Positions 27,016-36,519 of a DNA stretch of 47,731 bases are shown here, one piece after another. A program made the translations under genes and the position numbers. Position 1 is the first letter of the stretch; the number at the start of each line of letters is the position of its first letter. The notes under the pieces are model-generated. The model searched no databases, had not been told where the DNA came from, and saw only the letters and a program-made list of their open reading frames with translations. Origin of the DNA: a phage; the sequence record PZ445407.1. One strand, written 5' to 3'.

Positions 27016-29010
27016 ATGTTGCCTATCGAGAAGCTGGTTGCCAACTTTGATAAAGAGAGAATTAAACAGATTCAGAAAGATTACCAGTTTGGCGAGATAA
27101 CACCTTACGAGTTCCAGTGCGTTACATTTGATGCAATTGGGAAAGCCATTGGCAAGTATGAGGCTCCATTTATCGCAGACCTTTCCGTGTCTGCGGGCAA
27201 GACAATAATTCTGGCTATGATTGGTAAGCGCATGGAGCAATTGGGGTTGCCTTATATGGTGCTCTCTCGCCAGTCAGAGATAATCAGCCAGAACTCAGAA
27301 GAGCTTCGCAACTTCGGCATCCGTAACAGCGTCTATTGCGCTGGTCTTAACGTTAAATCAGTTTACTACCCAACCATAGTTGCTAGTGAGGGTACGGCAG
27401 CCAACGGCTTGTTTAAGGGGCTTGGTGATTATGTTCCGGCAGTTATCGCTATCGATGAATGCCACATGGTCGATCACATGGATATCGTGGAAGCTGAAGA
27501 GAACGAAGAAACATTTGAGCAAATGAGCACAAAGAAAGGTGAGATGGTATTCAAGGATGGCGTTAACACTGGTTTGATTGGTACAGGTCGCGCACAATAC
27601 ACGCTAATAATTACCGAAATGAAACGTCGTTGCCGTGAGAAATACGGGCGGGAGCTTCGCATCTTTGGCCTTACTGGCAGCCCATATCGTAACAACGATC
27701 ATATCGTCGTTAGTAATCCAAACATCCGTGGTTTCTGGCGCAAGACGGTAATACAAGTACCAACCAATTACCTTGTTGATTTGGGGTTCGTTGTGCCAAC
27801 TGTTTACGGTGAGGTTGGCGATTTGGGTTACGATCTTAGTGAGTTTGCGCCAGATGGAAGTGACGGAATTAAGGATTTTAGCAAAAAAGAAATGGATGCG
27901 ATGGAGGAGAAAATCCACCAAAACCAATCAATGACTCAAAAGATTATGCAATTTGCCGCAAAGTTCATGGAGACTCGCAACGCAGCGCTTGTGACATGCT
28001 CTGGTAAGCGTCACTGTGAAGAAGCGGCAGCGGCGCTTCCTGAGGGTGTGACCTGGGCTATAGTAACCGACTCTACAGGTGAGAAAAAGCGCCGTGAGAT
28101 TCTGGCTGACGCTTCAGAAGGTAAGTATAAGTTCATCTTTCAGATTGGTTGCCTCACAACCGGAGTGAACGTCCCACCGTGGGATACATCAATCATTCTG
28201 CGCAAGGTTGGTAGCATCACGTTACTTATTCAGCTTTTGGGTCGAGGCATGCGAATTCTTAAGAAGAAGCATAAAGAAATGGGCATGGTTAAGGACGACC
28301 ACGTGGTTCTAGACTTCGCTGGAACACTTGACGACATGGCAGAGTTGTACTTTGACCCAATCATAGAGGAGGTGCAGGACCAGAAGTTTAAATCATCACG
28401 CAAGGGAAACGATGAGCCGAGGGTTTGCCCGGCCTGCAGCTATGAGAACTCACCATTCGCTCGTCGATGCAATAACGTAATTGACGGGAGGCGTTGTGAA
28501 CATTTTTTTAAATTTCGCTTATGTGAAGATATAGAGGACCACCAGACAAAAGTTACTGTTAAGAAAGGTTGTGGTGAGAAGAATGATATTGCCGCTAAAA
28601 ACTGCCGCTGCTGCGGAGAAATGCTTATTGACCCTAACGCAAAGTTGTCTGGAAAGATGTATCGAAAAGGTGACTGGTTGAGAGTTTACGGATTCAGTAT
28701 TGGGTTAACTAAAAACCAAGCCGGAATCGTTGCTCGCTATGAAATAATGGCTCACAGCGGGGATAGGTTTGTTGCTTACGAAACTTTCTTCCCAGAGAGT
28801 GACCATCGCGTTTGTTCCGTTAAGTGGAAGGCATTTTGCCAGGCGCACATCCAGAACAAAACAGAAGCATTTCGCATCGGAAGACTTCGAAACGCCAAAA
28901 TGATTATGACTAACGCAATTCAATTTCGTGAGCCAATGCGAGTGACTCATAGAAAGAACCAGAAGGGGCAGGACATTATTGCAAACAAATCTTTTACTAT
29001 GGATGATTGA
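27016..29010 (+). CDS. DExH-box helicase
   Basis: Motif II DECH (AIDECHMVDH), motif VI-like QLLGRGMR, C-terminal Cys clusters. Confidence 0.75.
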   Translation: MLPIEKLVANFDKERIKQIQKDYQFGEITPYEFQCVTFDAIGKAIGKYEAPFIADLSVSAGKTIILAMIGKRMEQLGLPYMVLSRQSEIISQNSEELRNFGIRNSVYCAGLNVKSVYYPTIVASEGTAANGLFKGLGDYVPAVIAIDECHMVDHMDIVEAEENEETFEQMSTKKGEMVFKDGVNTGLIGTGRAQYTLIITEMKRRCREKYGRELRIFGLTGSPYRNNDHIVVSNPNIRGFWRKTVIQVPTNYLVDLGFVVPTVYGEVGDLGYDLSEFAPDGSDGIKDFSKKEMDAMEEKIHQNQSMTQKIMQFAAKFMETRNAALVTCSGKRHCEEAAAALPEGVTWAIVTDSTGEKKRREILADASEGKYKFIFQIGCLTTGVNVPPWDTSIILRKVGSITLLIQLLGRGMRILKKKHKEMGMVKDDHVVLDFAGTLDDMAELYFDPIIEEVQDQKFKSSRKGNDEPRVCPACSYENSPFARRCNNVIDGRRCEHFFKFRLCEDIEDHQTKVTVKKGCGEKNDIAAKNCRCCGEMLIDPNAKLSGKMYRKGDWLRVYGFSIGLTKNQAGIVARYEIMAHSGDRFVAYETFFPESDHRVCSVKWKAFCQAHIQNKTEAFRIGRLRNAKMIMTNAIQFREPMRVTHRKNQKGQDIIANKSFTMDD

Positions 29011-29011
29011 T

Positions 29012-29431
29012 ATGAATATTACAGACAAAGTTGATTACATTGAGTTTTACCCGGGCCCGGTTAAGTCATGCCCCAAAGAGGACGACGAACAGATCTTTTG
29101 CTCTGATTGGGTTAAGTACCATTATCCTCAGATTATCTATTGGCATACCGTTAATGAGGGGAAGAAATCAATGTGCGCAGCCAGAAAGGATGCAGCAAAA
29201 GGCCTCCTTAAAGGCGTATCAGACTGCCTATTTCTAATACCTGAACCATTGCGAGGAAGGTATCCATTTGGCGCAATAGAGCTAAAGAGGGCAGGGAAAA
29301 CGCAGGCTAGTCCAGTCAGCGAAGATCAGAAGGCATTCCTGAAGAGCGTAAGAGAATCAGGCGGCTTCTCGGCTGTGGCCTACGGTCGTGAAGGTTTTCT
29401 TGCGGCGTTCAGAGAAATGATTTCAAAATAG
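29012..29431 (+). CDS. VRR-NUC-like nuclease (putative)
   Basis: D/E/K residues in DCLFLIPEP...GAIELK arrangement; start choice 29003 or 29012. Confidence 0.45.
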   Translation: MNITDKVDYIEFYPGPVKSCPKEDDEQIFCSDWVKYHYPQIIYWHTVNEGKKSMCAARKDAAKGLLKGVSDCLFLIPEPLRGRYPFGAIELKRAGKTQASPVSEDQKAFLKSVRESGGFSAVAYGREGFLAAFREMISK

Positions 29432-29471
29432 CACTAATTGCTAAAGAGATTTCGCAGGGATGCGATATAGT
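29429..29471 (+). promoter_or_regulatory. palindrome-type promoter (TAGCA-N5-TGCTA, 22 bp, TATAGT)
   Basis: Direct read; palindrome includes stop codon of upstream gene. Confidence 0.55.
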
Positions 29472-29507
29472 TACTCCATCGAAACGAAACACAGAGAGAG
29501 AAACAAA

Positions 29508-29702
29508 ATGGCTACTATCTTTACTGGTAAAATCTACGAATCACGCAAGACTGGTTATGAATATGAATTAGTAATCACCGCTGAGGGTTATGTTCTTGAC
29601 GATGGTGAGGGTTATGCTTTCGAAGTAAGCCCAACTTACAAGGATGATTTGGAGACTGTTAAAAACGCATTTGGCGAAAAATTTGATGAGGTATCAGAAT
29701 GA
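29508..29702 (+). CDS. hypothetical early protein
   Basis: ATG 29508 behind conserved promoter and leader. Confidence 0.4.
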   Translation: MATIFTGKIYESRKTGYEYELVITAEGYVLDDGEGYAFEVSPTYKDDLETVKNAFGEKFDEVSE

Positions 29703-29856
29703 GAGAGGCAATCGTAAACTGGAAAAACGGAGAAGATTCAAAGTTCTTCTTCAATACACTCTCACAATACATTGATAAGATTGTTTTCGTAATTGATGGC
29801 GGGTGTGAGGTTATTGTGCCTATAAAGCTAATAGATGGATTGGGAGTATCTGAATA
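29698..29856 (+). CDS. hypothetical small protein (52 aa)
   Basis: Hand-translated; ATGA overlap with upstream gene. Confidence 0.3.
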
Positions 29857-30075
29857 ATGAAATTAACATTTGATAAGCAATGGGAACTCTTTCAGGCAAT
29901 GGTGGCTCAGGAGTTGAGCAAAGCTGGATATAAACATGATGTTTGGGATTTGGCTTGGTGTCTTGATTATAGTTTCGAGGAAGACTACCTGAACACCGAT
30001 ATCGAAACATGGCGCGACCGTATGGTTTCTGATATCCAAGAAATGAAAAAAGATTGCCCTGAGGATTTCTTATGA
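29857..30075 (+). CDS. hypothetical protein
   Basis: ORF track; TAATG overlap. Confidence 0.4.
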   Translation: MKLTFDKQWELFQAMVAQELSKAGYKHDVWDLAWCLDYSFEEDYLNTDIETWRDRMVSDIQEMKKDCPEDFL

Positions 30076-30272
30076 TTGGCATCTGCGTAAAAACAAATGG
30101 AAGTTTTACTTTATTCGATGAGTACGAGATTAATTTTGGCGATGATTTTTATTCAGACAAGATTGTAGTAATGAGCGATGATGGATGGAATTACATTATT
30201 GATTATCAAGGTGATGGCTACTACGGGTGCGTAGACGCGAAAGGAAAAGAAGTTAGTTTCTTGGTTGAATAG
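30072..30272 (+). CDS. hypothetical protein
   Basis: ORF track; stop TAG forms next promoter palindrome. Confidence 0.4.
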   Translation: MIGICVKTNGSFTLFDEYEINFGDDFYSDKIVVMSDDGWNYIIDYQGDGYYGCVDAKGKEVSFLVE

Positions 30273-30312
30273 CATTTTTTGTTAAAACTAAAATCCAGGG
30301 ATGGATTATATT
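30270..30312 (+). promoter_or_regulatory. palindrome-type promoter (TAGCA-N5-TGTTA, 22 bp, TATATT)
   Basis: Direct read. Confidence 0.55.
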
Positions 30313-30342
30313 AAACACATCAACAACGGAGAGGATTAAGAG

Positions 30343-30468
30343 ATGAAAATTGTAGACAAAGAGATGCTTGACCTTGCTCAAATTTACTCAAAGGCAGCAG
30401 TAAATCAGGGTTGTGACTACCTCTGGATGTGTGCTAAAGAATACCTGAAAATGGCATACGGATTATGA
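30343..30468 (+). CDS. hypothetical small protein (41 aa)
   Basis: Hand-translated; behind conserved promoter; ATGA overlap with next gene. Confidence 0.3.
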   Translation: MKIVDKEMLDLAQIYSKAAVNQGCDYLWMCAKEYLKMAYGL

Positions 30469-30713
30469 TAGTTGAAACCGGACGCGCCGCAGTATGGTCG
30501 CATTGTGGAGAGGCTGGACTTCAAGATGATATTAAGCAGATATCCCGCTTCTTTGATATAAAAGATATCAGCGTTGTCTTTAATGGTAAATTATCTTACA
30601 TGGATGAGCGACCAAGAAAATACGTAAGAGTTAAGCCGGGCGTCAGGATTGATGTTAACGAGTTCCTCAAGGCTGAGGGATACAAGTTTAAGATAACGAA
30701 GCCTAAGGATTAA
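30465..30713 (+). CDS. hypothetical protein
   Basis: ORF track. Confidence 0.4.
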   Translation: MIVETGRAAVWSHCGEAGLQDDIKQISRFFDIKDISVVFNGKLSYMDERPRKYVRVKPGVRIDVNEFLKAEGYKFKITKPKD

Positions 30714-30715
30714 GT

Positions 30716-30967
30716 ATGTTGGGTTTAGATTTTCAGCCAGAGCATTACGATTTGGTTCATGGGCAAAGCGGTGCGAAGTTTAGGGCGATACCTATTGCTG
30801 ACTGGTTCCCTCCTGACTATGTGGATGTGAACGCAAAAACTAAAGACGGAAAGTGGGTGCAGATTTACTACTCTCCAGCGTGCGGAAACCTTTGCATGAC
30901 CGACCTTGAGCGAAAGTTAGCAATTAGTGCGGAAGTGATAGGCTACTGGTTGAAAGAGGTTGAATGA
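30716..30967 (+). CDS. hypothetical protein
   Basis: ORF track. Confidence 0.4.
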   Translation: MLGLDFQPEHYDLVHGQSGAKFRAIPIADWFPPDYVDVNAKTKDGKWVQIYYSPACGNLCMTDLERKLAISAEVIGYWLKEVE

Positions 30968-31038
30968 CGAGCCTAATACTAGTAGCATCGTTACCACTGT
31001 TTAGCTTTACTATCTTATACTTTATCGCAATGAATTAA
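30964..31038 (+). CDS. hydrophobic micro-ORF (24 aa, MTSLILVASLPLFSFTILYFIAMN)
   Basis: Hand-translated; ATGA overlap with upstream stop. Confidence 0.2.
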   Translation: MTSLILVASLPLFSFTILYFIAMN

Positions 31039-31050
31039 GGAACTTATATA

Positions 31051-32181
31051 ATGGCAACTGCAAAAATTACCAACGAAGAACTGCGCGAAGAACTGGCTAA
31101 TGGCATGACCAACAAAGCTATCGCAGAGAAGTACGGAATGAATATTCGCAATGTCGAATTGCGTCGTAGTAAATTAGCTAAGAGTGGAGAGTTGCACGGA
31201 AACCCAGGTATCAAGAAGTTAGTTCCTGACGGTTATTTGGTCAAAGGTACGTCAACCATGATTGATGCGGATGGCAACGAGAAGATTCGCTGGGTTAAGA
31301 CCTCAATTGATAATGAGCGACTTGAGGTTTTAATGGAGCAAGCTCGAGAAGCATTCTGCTCTGATTTGCCAAAAGCAGATGCGGTAATCCACTCAGGTAA
31401 TGAGGTCAACTCTGAGTTAATGACTCTTTACCCTATTTTCGATATCCATATTGGCATGATGGCGCATCGCCATGAGTCCGGCGAAAATTATGACACGAAC
31501 ACCGCTGAGAAATTAATGGGATCATATTTTGACCATGCAATTTCCGTATCACCAGCCTCAGAGAAAGCCGTGATTTTAGTTGGTGGTGATTTCCTTCACT
31601 CCGATGGGTTGGAATCGGTAACTCCAGCAAGCGGACACTGCCTTGATCAAGATAGTCGATATGCCAAGTTAGTTTATGTTGCTATTCGCTCGATTCGTTG
31701 CGCCGTAGAGAAGATGCTTAAGAAGCATAAGAATGTCGAGATTCAGATTATAGAGGGCAATCACGACCAGAGTGGTATGATTTGGCTCCGTGCGGCAATG
31801 GCTGCATTTTATGAAAACGAGAATCGCGTGTTTGTTGATACCAGTCCGGCAATCATGCACAAGACGCGATTTGGCTCAACATTACTTGGTTACACTCACG
31901 GTCACACCATGAAGAAAGCCGAGGGTAGACTTGCAGCAATGGCTACCGACTACCGCAAAGACTTTGGTGAATGTGAGTTTGTTTACTGCCACTCCGGCCA
32001 TTTCCATCACGCAACTGTTACAGAGTGCACTCTTGGGATTGACGAGGTTCACCCAGCGCTGGCTAGTAAGGATGCGTATGCAGCTCGAGGAGGGTGGCGC
32101 TCATATCGCCAAGCTGCCGCAATCATCTATCACAAGGAGTTCGGTGAGGTTGGTAGGCATATTTATCGCCCAGGCATGTAA
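31051..32181 (+). CDS. calcineurin-like metallophosphoesterase with N-terminal HTH-like domain
   Basis: Motifs DIHIG..H, GGDFLH, GNHD, GHxH; N-terminal TNKAIAEKYGMNIRNVELRRSKL. Confidence 0.55.
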   Translation: MATAKITNEELREELANGMTNKAIAEKYGMNIRNVELRRSKLAKSGELHGNPGIKKLVPDGYLVKGTSTMIDADGNEKIRWVKTSIDNERLEVLMEQAREAFCSDLPKADAVIHSGNEVNSELMTLYPIFDIHIGMMAHRHESGENYDTNTAEKLMGSYFDHAISVSPASEKAVILVGGDFLHSDGLESVTPASGHCLDQDSRYAKLVYVAIRSIRCAVEKMLKKHKNVEIQIIEGNHDQSGMIWLRAAMAAFYENENRVFVDTSPAIMHKTRFGSTLLGYTHGHTMKKAEGRLAAMATDYRKDFGECEFVYCHSGHFHHATVTECTLGIDEVHPALASKDAYAARGGWRSYRQAAAIIYHKEFGEVGRHIYRPGM

Positions 32182-32182
32182 G

Positions 32183-32225
32183 TAGCACTTTTTGCCTAAA
32201 GGATGCCGTAGAAATACGGCATAAT
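32183..32225 (+). promoter_or_regulatory. palindrome-type promoter variant (TAGCA-N5-TGCCTA)
   Basis: Direct read; one-base insertion in right half-site. Confidence 0.4.
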
Positions 32226-32266
32226 CACCAAATCGAAACGAGATGAACTAAACCAGGAAACACAAA

Positions 32267-32461
32267 ATGACTAAGATGATTTATTGCACCAAGAACAACT
32301 CCAAGACTCTGCCGTTTACTGTCAACCAGCCGTACAATGCGGAGTACCAGGGTGATGGATATTTCAAGATTTACGGCGATGACATGACGTGGATTTTAGC
32401 GCCGATTGATGGTTCGCTGGTTGAATTTATTATCGCTGACTAGCGCAGCAAAAACATAGCG
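32267..32461 (+). CDS. hypothetical small protein (64 aa)
   Basis: Hand-translated behind conserved promoter/leader; not in supplied ORF track, so coordinates need checking. Confidence 0.25.
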
Positions 32462-32472
32462 TTAAACACGGG

Positions 32473-32500
32473 GGGGCTTTTGGCTCCCTTTTTTTATGCT
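32473..32500 (+). terminator. rho-independent terminator before lysis cassette
   Basis: G-rich hairpin + TTTTTTT. Confidence 0.4.
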
Positions 32501-32573
32501 TCTTTTCCGAGCAGGTCTAATGTATCATTCTTTTACTAACTTAAGCATTGACAAATAAATAAAGGTGGATCAC

Positions 32574-32789
32574 ATGAGGGAAGTCATTAACGCCGCTACA
32601 GCATCAACTGGCGGCGCTGCTTTTACTGGTGCGGCAACTGGTCAAATGACTATAGCAATAATCAGCCTTATCGCTCTGATTATTTTTGGTGCCTGGGGAG
32701 CGTACTGGAAGTTCAAGGATAGCCAGGCTATTCGCCGAGCGCTTGAATCAGGGGATCTAAAAACAGCACTAAAGATAAGGAGCAAGTAA
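32574..32789 (+). CDS. holin (pinholin-like, two TMDs)
   Basis: Gly/Ala-rich TMD1 plus hydrophobic TMD2, charged C-terminus; immediately upstream of SAR endolysin. Confidence 0.55.
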   Translation: MREVINAATASTGGAAFTGAATGQMTIAIISLIALIIFGAWGAYWKFKDSQAIRRALESGDLKTALKIRSK

Positions 32790-33275
32790 ATGAAGCAGAA
32801 GATAGCCATTACCGCGGCTACGGCTGCGGCTATATACATCGCGGCGCCGCTTATTGAACTTGTGGAGGGTGTAGAGAATAAGCCATACATGGACATTGCC
32901 GGAATTCCTACGGTCTGCGCAGGTATCACTGGGCCTGACGTGACATGGGGTAAAACTTACAGTAACAGAGAGTGTCGCAACCTTCTTGAGAAGCACATCC
33001 AGATTCATGGAAAGCATGTTCAGAATGCCGTTACCTATCCAATCGCACCTCAGACAAGGGCGGCTTTAATCAGCTTCAGTTATAATGTTGGTGGCTCAGC
33101 AATGAGGAATTCTACCGCTGTGAGACTAATTAACCAGGGTAAGATTGAGCAGGGTTGTAAGGCTCTCGGGATGTGGAATAAAGCTACCGTTAATGGCAGG
33201 AAGGTTGTGGTTAAGGGATTGGTAAACCGCCGGAATCAGGAGATTAAATTATGTTTAAGTGGATTGCAGCGTTAG
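32790..33275 (+). CDS. SAR endolysin (T4-lysozyme-type)
   Basis: N-terminal Ala/Gly-rich signal-anchor-release segment followed by E...D...T catalytic spacing (ELVEGVENKPYMDIAGIPTVCAGIT). Confidence 0.7.
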   Translation: MKQKIAITAATAAAIYIAAPLIELVEGVENKPYMDIAGIPTVCAGITGPDVTWGKTYSNRECRNLLEKHIQIHGKHVQNAVTYPIAPQTRAALISFSYNVGGSAMRNSTAVRLINQGKIEQGCKALGMWNKATVNGRKVVVKGLVNRRNQEIKLCLSGLQR

Positions 33276-33640
33276 TAATGTGCGTAGCTTTGTCTGGATG
33301 TTCAGCAACTGATGCACTGACCGGATTGATTGGCAGCAAGCCGGAGGTTACAGCTCAGGCCGGGGCAGAGAATAACAAGGTTGGAGTTGGGTTAACGAAT
33401 AAGGTCGACTCTAGTAACTCCAGTGATGCCACTGTTAAGGATTCCAGCGTAGGCTCTCTGGATAGCTCGAGTGGGAAAAAGACTGCTGACAATTCGATTA
33501 AGGCCTCAACAATTACCGCCGAAAAGATTGAAATTACCAATAACGAATCATCCGCGCTTCCGTGGGTTGGAACAGGAGCAATGGGTTTGTTGGTTTTAAT
33601 TCTCATGGCATTAATCTTAAGACGTAAAAAAGCCTCCTAA
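33251..33640 (+). CDS. unimolecular spanin (u-spanin-like)
   Basis: N-terminal lipobox LSGC plus C-terminal TMD followed by RRKK; overlaps endolysin 3' end. Confidence 0.6.
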   Translation: MFKWIAALVMCVALSGCSATDALTGLIGSKPEVTAQAGAENNKVGVGLTNKVDSSNSSDATVKDSSVGSLDSSSGKKTADNSIKASTITAEKIEITNNESSALPWVGTGAMGLLVLILMALILRRKKAS

Positions 33641-33662
33641 TGGAGGCTATATTTTTATCCAA
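33641..33662. terminator. bidirectional terminator after spanin
   Basis: agcctcc-taat-ggaggct flanked by A-run and T-run. Confidence 0.55.
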
Positions 33663-33990
33663 ATAACTCGTCGTCCGTCATTGTTCCTATATTCATCATC
33701 TCTTTTATGTACTTGCTTTGATACCCGTTAAGCGCCTCGAAGTTAAACTCAAATGGTCTTTTCAAGCTACCCTTGCTAACAAACTCACCACACTTACCAT
33801 CAATGTATCCAGCAGTTAGCATTTTTGCACAAAATTCCTTTGATGCGGCACTGCAAAACTCTCTGTGCGACAAACCAGCCGCTTTGCTGAATCTCTCAGA
33901 GTCCTTGTGTTTGTAGATGAATCGCGCCAAATGCTGGCGCGTAAAGTAGGAATAAGATTCACAGAATCGGTACACGTCAAGGATGAACAT
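33655..33990 (-). CDS. hypothetical protein
   Basis: Last gene of minus-strand operon. Confidence 0.4.
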   Translation of the reverse strand: MFILDVYRFCESYSYFTRQHLARFIYKHKDSERFSKAAGLSHREFCSAASKEFCAKMLTAGYIDGKCGEFVSKGSLKRPFEFNFEALNGYQSKYIKEMMNIGTMTDDELFG

Positions 33991-33992
33991 AA

Positions 33993-34079
33993 TTAACTCC
34001 TGAGTACTGCCAAAACAAATAGAAGCATCGAAATTGTTACAACAACACCAAGTATTATCAATAGTATCGATTCAATCAT
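33993..34079 (-). CDS. hydrophobic micro-ORF (28 aa, MIESILLIILGVVVTISMLLFVLAVLRS)
   Basis: Hand-translated; RBS gggtga; tightly packed between two minus-strand genes. Confidence 0.25.
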   Translation of the reverse strand: MIESILLIILGVVVTISMLLFVLAVLRS

Positions 34080-34082
34080 AAG

Positions 34083-35666
34083 TCACCCCAGCAATCGTGG
34101 ATTAATGTAAACTTTATCACCAATCAGGCACGTGTAGTTTTTCTCATCAAGCATTGGCAGCAGGTGATCTTTAATCTTAGTCATCACTCCAGCCTGAGCT
34201 TCGAATGGTTTGACCTTACGAGCAGCTTCATATAGAGAACGAACGCCTACTACGCCTTTCCCGTTCCTGCCTTGTTTAATCAGAATATCAATCAGCTTAT
34301 TCATCTCGGCATTGTCTCCAGCGTGACCAGCGGCGTTGGCAGATGACAGATAAGTCTTGCTAAGTTCCTGGAACATAATTACAGCCTCCTGCATTGTGTC
34401 CAACTCAATCTCCCTGGACTTCTGTGGACTCCCGCCGTTAGGGTTGAACCAGTTGCGAATAGTGTGAAGAACCGCAGCGATTCTGATAGCCTGCTTATCG
34501 AACTTGCCTAACGCACCGCGCAACATTGTGTGTGAATACTTCCCGCCGTCCGCGAGGTGAGGCTCCATTTCCTGACGCGCTCGGTTGAGATATTTCATTG
34601 CTGAGTTGCTCACTGTCAACTTAACATCTTGCTCATTCATGATTTCGTGAACCAGTCGGAAGTAATCAGCCTTTAGTCCACCATCAATTGGCTCGTATGT
34701 TGATTCACCATTTTCATCAACGAATACACGCTCGCCCAGGAATGACTTTTCACGTACAAGCAGGAAACGTTCCGACACACCAATACCACGCGCACCAGCA
34801 TTCATGATCGCGTTTATTGTTTCATCCTGCGCAATTACTGAGATGCAACCCATAGCAAAGAAACTCATGTTGTTCTCTGCATTCGCGCGAGCGATAGATA
34901 CGTGCCCACCATCCCATGCTTTAAGAACAAGTTCGCTGTTCGTTTTCTTAGAGCCATCACCATAGGTCATGCCAAGCAGTGAGTTAACACTCGTTGCCTC
35001 ATCCGAGATAACCGCGAAGTTACCCTGGCGGTTGTTTATTCGTGCCAGGCCTTCAGGTGTGGTGTCTGATACCGGGAATACGATATCGCACAACTTCTCC
35101 AGTTTTTCCTCTAGCTCCTCCTTTTCCTCAAATAGGGAGGCCATCTCTGAAGGAGATTTTTCCTGCTTCATCTCTTTGGATAATGCGGATAGTTTTGCCA
35201 TAATCTTTTTGCGCTCACGCTTGCGAACTTCATTCAGTCGCTCGGTCTCAGCAATCATTGGAGCAATCGAAAGTGAGTTGATGGCTGATTTACCAGTTGA
35301 TGGCGGCTGACTGGTCACGACGTAAAGCGAAGTCGGTTGCTGAGTTCCATGATACTCGACAGTAAAGCGGCCCAGCATCGCAGCAGAAATACACCCCAGG
35401 AAGTGCATATAGGCTGAAGACTCTGGGAACTGAACGGAGCGGGCAATGTTGGCAGAAAGTTTACCAACAACATCAATATCATTACCGAGTGAGATTACGG
35501 GGTACTTGTCATTAGCGGAATCAATCTCTACGGGCGCCTTCCAGAACGATTGAGACTGTCGATAGCCATTGGCATTAATAGCGACTCGCAGGGGTGGGAG
35601 GTTGTCTGCGGCAGCAATTGCCATAACCTGTTCAACAGATAGCTTATCTTCGTTGAAATCAAACAT
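34083..35666 (-). CDS. P-loop NTPase (putative replication-associated ATPase)
   Basis: Walker A-like QPPSTGKS and Walker B-like AVISDEAT; N- and C-terminal regions shared with 38508..39047. Confidence 0.55.
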   Translation of the reverse strand: MFDFNEDKLSVEQVMAIAAADNLPPLRVAINANGYRQSQSFWKAPVEIDSANDKYPVISLGNDIDVVGKLSANIARSVQFPESSAYMHFLGCISAAMLGRFTVEYHGTQQPTSLYVVTSQPPSTGKSAINSLSIAPMIAETERLNEVRKRERKKIMAKLSALSKEMKQEKSPSEMASLFEEKEELEEKLEKLCDIVFPVSDTTPEGLARINNRQGNFAVISDEATSVNSLLGMTYGDGSKKTNSELVLKAWDGGHVSIARANAENNMSFFAMGCISVIAQDETINAIMNAGARGIGVSERFLLVREKSFLGERVFVDENGESTYEPIDGGLKADYFRLVHEIMNEQDVKLTVSNSAMKYLNRARQEMEPHLADGGKYSHTMLRGALGKFDKQAIRIAAVLHTIRNWFNPNGGSPQKSREIELDTMQEAVIMFQELSKTYLSSANAAGHAGDNAEMNKLIDILIKQGRNGKGVVGVRSLYEAARKVKPFEAQAGVMTKIKDHLLPMLDEKNYTCLIGDKVYINPRLLG

Positions 35667-35740
35667 TACTTCTCTCCGTGTTGTTTCTGAGCGGCCATTA
35701 TATCAACGGCCGCCTATAATTCATTATCAATTTGTGCTAT

Positions 35741-36094
35741 TTACAGGTATTGCGCTTCAAATCTGTAGTCACCGCACACTGTAACAAAGCCAACCTCTTC
35801 GTCACGGTATAGCTGCCAGGCATTGCCTTCTCTATCGTAAACGTATCCAGCAAACTGCCCAAGACCTGCATGAATGGCAACTTGATACCTCTTCCCTTCG
35901 GTAAAGTACTTGCGAATAGATGAGCGATGGTTAACCTTTGTGCAGTAAATAGTTTTGGTCTTGATATACTTACCGCGCCCTTCAATGTTAATCCATTTGC
36001 CATCTTTCTTGATTTGCTCTACACCATCTTTAACGCGAGCTTTGTATAATACGTTTTCGTTGCTAATCCAGTTCTTTGTCAGTGTAGTAGTCAT
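35741..36094 (-). CDS. hypothetical protein
   Basis: ATG 36094 overlaps stop of upstream small ORF. Confidence 0.4.
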   Translation of the reverse strand: MTTTLTKNWISNENVLYKARVKDGVEQIKKDGKWINIEGRGKYIKTKTIYCTKVNHRSSIRKYFTEGKRYQVAIHAGLGQFAGYVYDREGNAWQLYRDEEVGFVTVCGDYRFEAQYL

Positions 36095-36255
36095 TTTGTT
36101 ACTCTCTTCGTTGTCCACATGAATTTGTTAGGTACTGATTTGCGCACGATTCGCACAGCAATCTTGTCAAACTTCTGAACTAAACCGTAAATCTTCCCAT
36201 CAAGTGAGGAGCGGTAAACAGCCTCTTCCATTGCGTCGTAAAAGTTGTCGAACAT
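36091..36255 (-). CDS. hypothetical small protein (~54 aa)
   Basis: Hand-translated; coupled to neighbours. Confidence 0.25.
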   Translation of the reverse strand: MFDNFYDAMEEAVYRSSLDGKIYGLVQKFDKIAVRIVRKSVPNKFMWTTKRVTK

Positions 36256-36258
36256 TTT

Positions 36259-36450
36259 CTATCTCTTTGTTGCGTAAGTAATATTGCCCGCTGGAGTTGA
36301 GCATGTGATATCAAGTGGTTTGCTGTTGTGCTTAATTGTCTTGCTCTGCTCTCTAGCTGTCAAAACTGAATCAATAATCCTTTGGATGATAACCTTATCT
36401 CGTTTGCTTGACAGCTTCCATCGTTTCGTTAAAGTTTTTATGTCTTGCAT
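36259..36450 (-). CDS. hypothetical protein
   Basis: ORF track; behind minus-strand palindrome promoter. Confidence 0.35.
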   Translation of the reverse strand: MQDIKTLTKRWKLSSKRDKVIIQRIIDSVLTAREQSKTIKHNSKPLDITCSTPAGNITYATKR

Positions 36451-36476
36451 TTCACATCTCCCGTTTCAATGAGATG

Positions 36477-36519
36477 AATATACATGAAAAGCCCCGAAGG
36501 GATTTAGCGATTCGTGCTA
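36477..36519 (-). promoter_or_regulatory. palindrome-type promoter on minus strand with terminator-like hairpin in spacer
   Basis: Reverse complement: TAGCA cgaat CGCTA + 22 bp (contains cccttcgggg hairpin) + TATATT. Confidence 0.45.
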
